A stretch of DNA of 64,000 nucleotides from Octopus bimaculoides. Taxonomy: Eukaryota. Shown piece by piece: positions 55,603 through 64,000 of the stretch (position 1 is its first letter; the number at the start of each line of letters is the position of its first letter). The notes under the pieces were generated by a model, which made no database searches, was not told where the DNA came from, and worked only from the letters and a program-made list of their open reading frames with translations. The stretch lies in the NCBI RefSeq assembly GCF_001194135.2, contig NC_068998.1, positions 55,209,331-55,273,330 of the forward strand, read 5' to 3'. A program made the position numbers and the translations under genes.

Positions 55603-55879
55603 TTGTTTGTAAGTCTGGCCTTGGCTTGTTACTGTCAATAACAAATCCAAGCCTTAAAGCAAGTCATGATTTAATTCTTCTTTCAATTGAGAAGAATGTT
55701 TTTAGAAAATGGTGTTGTTGTTGTTGTTATTGTGAATGATTTCATTTTTCTCTTTCATAAGATGACTTATTCAATCAACTCATTGTTAATGAGCAGAATA
55801 TATCATTGAGTTGCAGTTTCATATGATTTTTGTTCCAAACAAGGCTTGAAACCACTTTGCAGAATAAGGGGCTACAAAC

Positions 55880-56066
55880 CTTGACAGAGGGTGACAGGTT
55901 CTAAAGATCTTGACAGAGGGTGACATGTTCTAAAGATCTTGACAGAGGGTGACATGTTCTAAAGATCTTGACAGAGGGTGACATGTTCTAAAGATCTTGA
56001 CAGAGGGTGACAGGTTCTAAAGATCTTGACAGAGGGTGACTTGTTTTAAAGATCTTGACAAAGGGT
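55880..56066. repeat. Minisatellite, 29-bp unit CTTGACAGAGGGTGACA(T/G)GTTCTAAAGAT, about 6.4 copies
   Basis: Counted directly. Confidence 0.95.
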
Positions 56067-57231
56067 ACTAGACCAGGAAGTTCATCTGAACAAGGGCCAT
56101 GAAAATGTTTATAGAAAAGGCACACAACAAAGATTCCAATCTCGTAGAAAGAAGAGAAATCACCATGTTAACAACTAAATTTTGAATTGGATCAAGCAAT
56201 TTAAGAGACTCGAAGGAGGCATCAGCCCAAAGATAACAGCAATACTCAGTGCCAAGTGAAATTGTAGCCATATGAAGATACAGGACACTTCCAGCTGTAA
56301 GAACTTTGCATGCACAGGAGATTTAACCTTAATGGTGGCTGGCATGGCAATGGATTAAACATATTATTATGTTGTATTTAGTTTTTCTGAAAACATTAAA
56401 GAATACTGGAGTTAGCAAGTATCCTTGTTTAATACCTACTTTGGTTTTAAACATTCACCAATAGACTTACACTGCTACCAATAAATTCTGTTGACCAATT
56501 CAATTCCAATAAATTCTGTTGGCCATTTCCTATGTTCTCGTAATCCATTGTATTTTTTAGCCAATGAAACACCTTTTTTAATCTTTATAAAATGTCACAT
56601 GACACATTTCTAACAACTATAGTGTATATCTTTTATGAAATGACTAAGAAAATTCACTTTTTCTCAACTCATTTATTCTTCAGTATTCATTCATAGAAGA
56701 TGGATATTTAGTTTTTTTTAAAATTAGGGTTTGATGTTTAAAGGGACATTTTTTCAGAAAGGAATTTTTGAATGATTGGGTCCATTGAATGAATAATTTA
56801 CGTCGTAAGAAAGATCAATTTCCAAGCTTTATAAGTATGATCGTTATTTATCGATGAAAAGGAAACTTATGTCGGAATTTTGGTTCAATGATTCAATAAA
56901 ATATTACCAAAATTTATTGAGCAAAGGATGTAAAAGTAAGCTCCATCAATTGTCATTTGTGAAGATAAAAGTGTAACTTTGAGTGGTAATTTTATTCTGG
57001 GCAATAAAAAAGCATCTTAACATCTTTTATATCATAAAAGTAAAAAAGTGTGTGGAGAAGACAAAAGTAAAAAAAAAACCCCCAATTTTTTGAAGAGAAG
57101 GAACAGACTTCTTTGATCCTTCCAATTTCAATGTTTTCTGTTGTTTAGTTATTGTCTGTTTTGTGAAAATATACCAGAATTCGCATCTTCAAATGAAATA
57201 ATTTAATTACATTTCTTAATTTCCATTGCAG

Positions 57232-61975
<4,744 letters not shown>

Positions 61976-62281
61976 GTTAGAATAAATTATTATTATTATT
62001 ATTGCTGTAGCTGGTCTTGTCATGTTTTATTTCTCTTAACTCTCTGCCCACTGTTCAAATCCTGCAACTTTATGTTAGGAGAATGAGGAGTAGAGAGGGG
62101 TAAAGTAGAAGGGAAAATGGCCAGAGGAGAGCAAATTTCTTGCTGTGGAGGAGCGAAATGACTAATCGTATTTTAGGAGAGAGGAGAGAGGAGAGTGATT
62201 GGGGGCAGACGGAAGGCGATTAAAAAGTGTGGTAATGATGTGTCAGGGATGCAAACAATTATTGTTGTTGTTATTATTACG

Positions 62282-62503
62282 AAGGCAGTGAGCTGGCTGA
62301 GTCGTTTGCATGATGGGCAAAATGCTTTGTGGTATGTTGTCTGCCGCTATGTTCTGAGTTCAAATTCTGCTGAAGTCGACTTTGCCTTTCATCCTTTCAG
62401 GGTCGATAAATTAAGTACTAGTTGAGTGCTGGGGTCGATATAATCGACAGGCTCCCTCCCCCAAAATTTCGGGCTTTGTGCAGAAAGGATTATTATTATT
62501 ATT
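62282..62503 (+). mobile_element. tRNA-derived SINE (family B, MetaSINE-like core), copy 1
   Basis: aaggcagtgagctggc head, gagttcaaattc B-box, core gtcgactttgcctttcatcctttcagggtcgataaattaagtac, (ATT)n tail. Confidence 0.8.
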
Positions 62504-62745
62504 AAGGCAGTGAGCTGGCAGAATCGTTAGCATTAAAATCGTTAGCATCAATATCATTTAAGTGGAATGCTTAGCAGCATTTTGTCTGTCTTTAAATTTT
62601 GAGTTCAAATTCTGCTGAGGTCAACTTTGCCTTTTGTCCTTTCGGGGTTGATAAATTAAGTACCAGTGAAACACTGGGGTCAATGTAATCAACAAGTCCC
62701 TTTCCCCAAATTTCAGGCCTTGTACCTTTAGTAGAAAGGATTAAG
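62504..62745 (+). mobile_element. SINE family B, copy 2, head-to-tail with copy 1
   Basis: Same head, B-box and core, starting immediately after the (ATT)n tail of copy 1. Degenerate copies at about 1200, 12150, 19230, 61250. Confidence 0.8.
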
Positions 62746-63369
62746 GAGGATTATATTATACTTAGATATACTTGCCAGTTGCCATAATAATTGCATGTAA
62801 CACATCCAGTTTAATTTGTTGACAAATTCTGTTTCTTTTGAGAGAAACATCTGGCACGTTTCTTCTTCATTCCTAAATTACTTGATTGCTTTATTGTCAG
62901 GAGTGTCAGAACTAGCATTAATTAACCATCCCCATAATTATGTTAATTACGTAATTGCAACTGGTCTTTAGTTTGCAATTGTACAAATTAAGTAAAAAAA
63001 ACAAAAAACAAACCTGGATCTGACAATTGACAAAAAAGCATTCATTAGAGGATCTTGTTCTAAAGTGTTTCTACAACTGAAGCATTTGAATGAAATAAAA
63101 TTCTTACAATTGTGTGTCTCTTATTCAAATTTGGATTATTTTTTTGAAGACAAGGAAAATGAAAAAAATATTTTAGCAAATGATTTTAGATTTATCTTTT
63201 TATAAACCAGTTTAATATTTTTGGAGTAATGTTTTGAAGAAATTTAAATTAAATTGTTTTTAATATGTAAAAAAACAACAAACAAAACAGAACAAAAACT
63301 CTTCTTACACTAAGGGCATCACACAACATTGGCATTAGGGAGTTGCTTTTTTGTTTGTATTTTTTTTTG

Positions 63370-63575
63370 TGTGTTTTTATTGATGTCAGTTTGTGGCCAT
63401 ACTGGGGCACTGCCTTTAAGGGTTTTGCTTGATTTTGTTTTGTATTTTATCAATCTGCCTTGGTAATTCAGACTAAACACCACAAGGTATCCTTTTGTTT
63501 GACCCGAGGTGCTATGTAGTGGGATTGAACCTAGAATCACATGGTTGTGAAGCAAACTTCTTAACTACACAACTA
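63370..63575 (-). mobile_element. SINE family A copy in coronin intron 9
   Basis: Reverse complement of the family A head (gggattgaacctagaatcacatggttgtgaagcaaacttcttaactacacaac), preceded by a remnant of the 3' end. Confidence 0.75.
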
Positions 63576-64000
63576 TGTGTCCCTGATTGAATGTTGAAAG
63601 AGAGGTTTGCAGTGAATGTGAATGGTGTCTGTTTTGGTTTCAATAAAGGTAAGTCGAAAGAGTTTGAAACAACAAAGGTTCTGGTTAAAAAAACAAAGAA
63701 ATACTGTAAAGAATCTCTAAAAGAGACTCAAATAACTGAAGAATGTATAAATGGTGTTTGAATAACATCATCGAGATATCATTGGTGTCATTTGCTGGGA
63801 AACAAACTGAATTCATTTGCAAGGAAAAAATATTTTATGACTATTGTTGAGAAAGAGAGAGGTATTAAAATGATAAAACCTTAATATTTGAATTCTGTTG
63901 ACTAAAAATTGAAATTTGGCACAAAATGTTTAAAGATAAAAAAAATCTGAATGTTGTTTATATGTAAATATTTCCCTAGAATTCATGAAAATCAAATCCA

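Noticed and set aside
63613-63655. Possible coronin exon 10 ending AAG|GTAAGT at 63650
   Set aside because: The nearest acceptor has a poor pyrimidine tract and gives an immediate TGA in phase 0. The next exon is probably outside the window.

Overview
AT-rich, microsatellite-rich animal genomic DNA with seven N-gaps; the SINE/LINE repertoire looks like octopus (coleoid cephalopod), which is an inference from recognised repeat sequences. The only host protein-coding gene I can support is a + strand coronin with type II (CORO2A/2B-like) signatures. It has nine GT-AG coding exons at 57232-61975 that splice into one 391-codon frame (N-terminal basic motif, WD40 propeller, C-terminal extension). 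The 3' end (unique region, coiled coil) is presumably beyond the window. The start ATG directly abuts a splice acceptor, so the first 57 kb is probably 5' introns and promoters. Four visibly CpG-retaining islands (about 8 kb, 14 kb, 38 kb and 50.8 kb) each contain a + strand splice donor. Two of them would add in-frame N-terminal peptides: MSPTEQKADG, and MEGPAPASPSKRMKSTGWGLVT with a CDK-site/NLS-like motif. This suggests a multi-promoter N-terminus-swapping system and is the main hypothesis from this window. The rest is a TE mosaic: RTE, HERO-like, R4/Dong-like, Penelope-like and Tc1 fragments, TTAA and hAT-type MITEs, and several SINE families. There are also quasi-palindromic minisatellites and a 127-bp near-perfect inverted repeat. 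All calls were made by eye; no searches were run.
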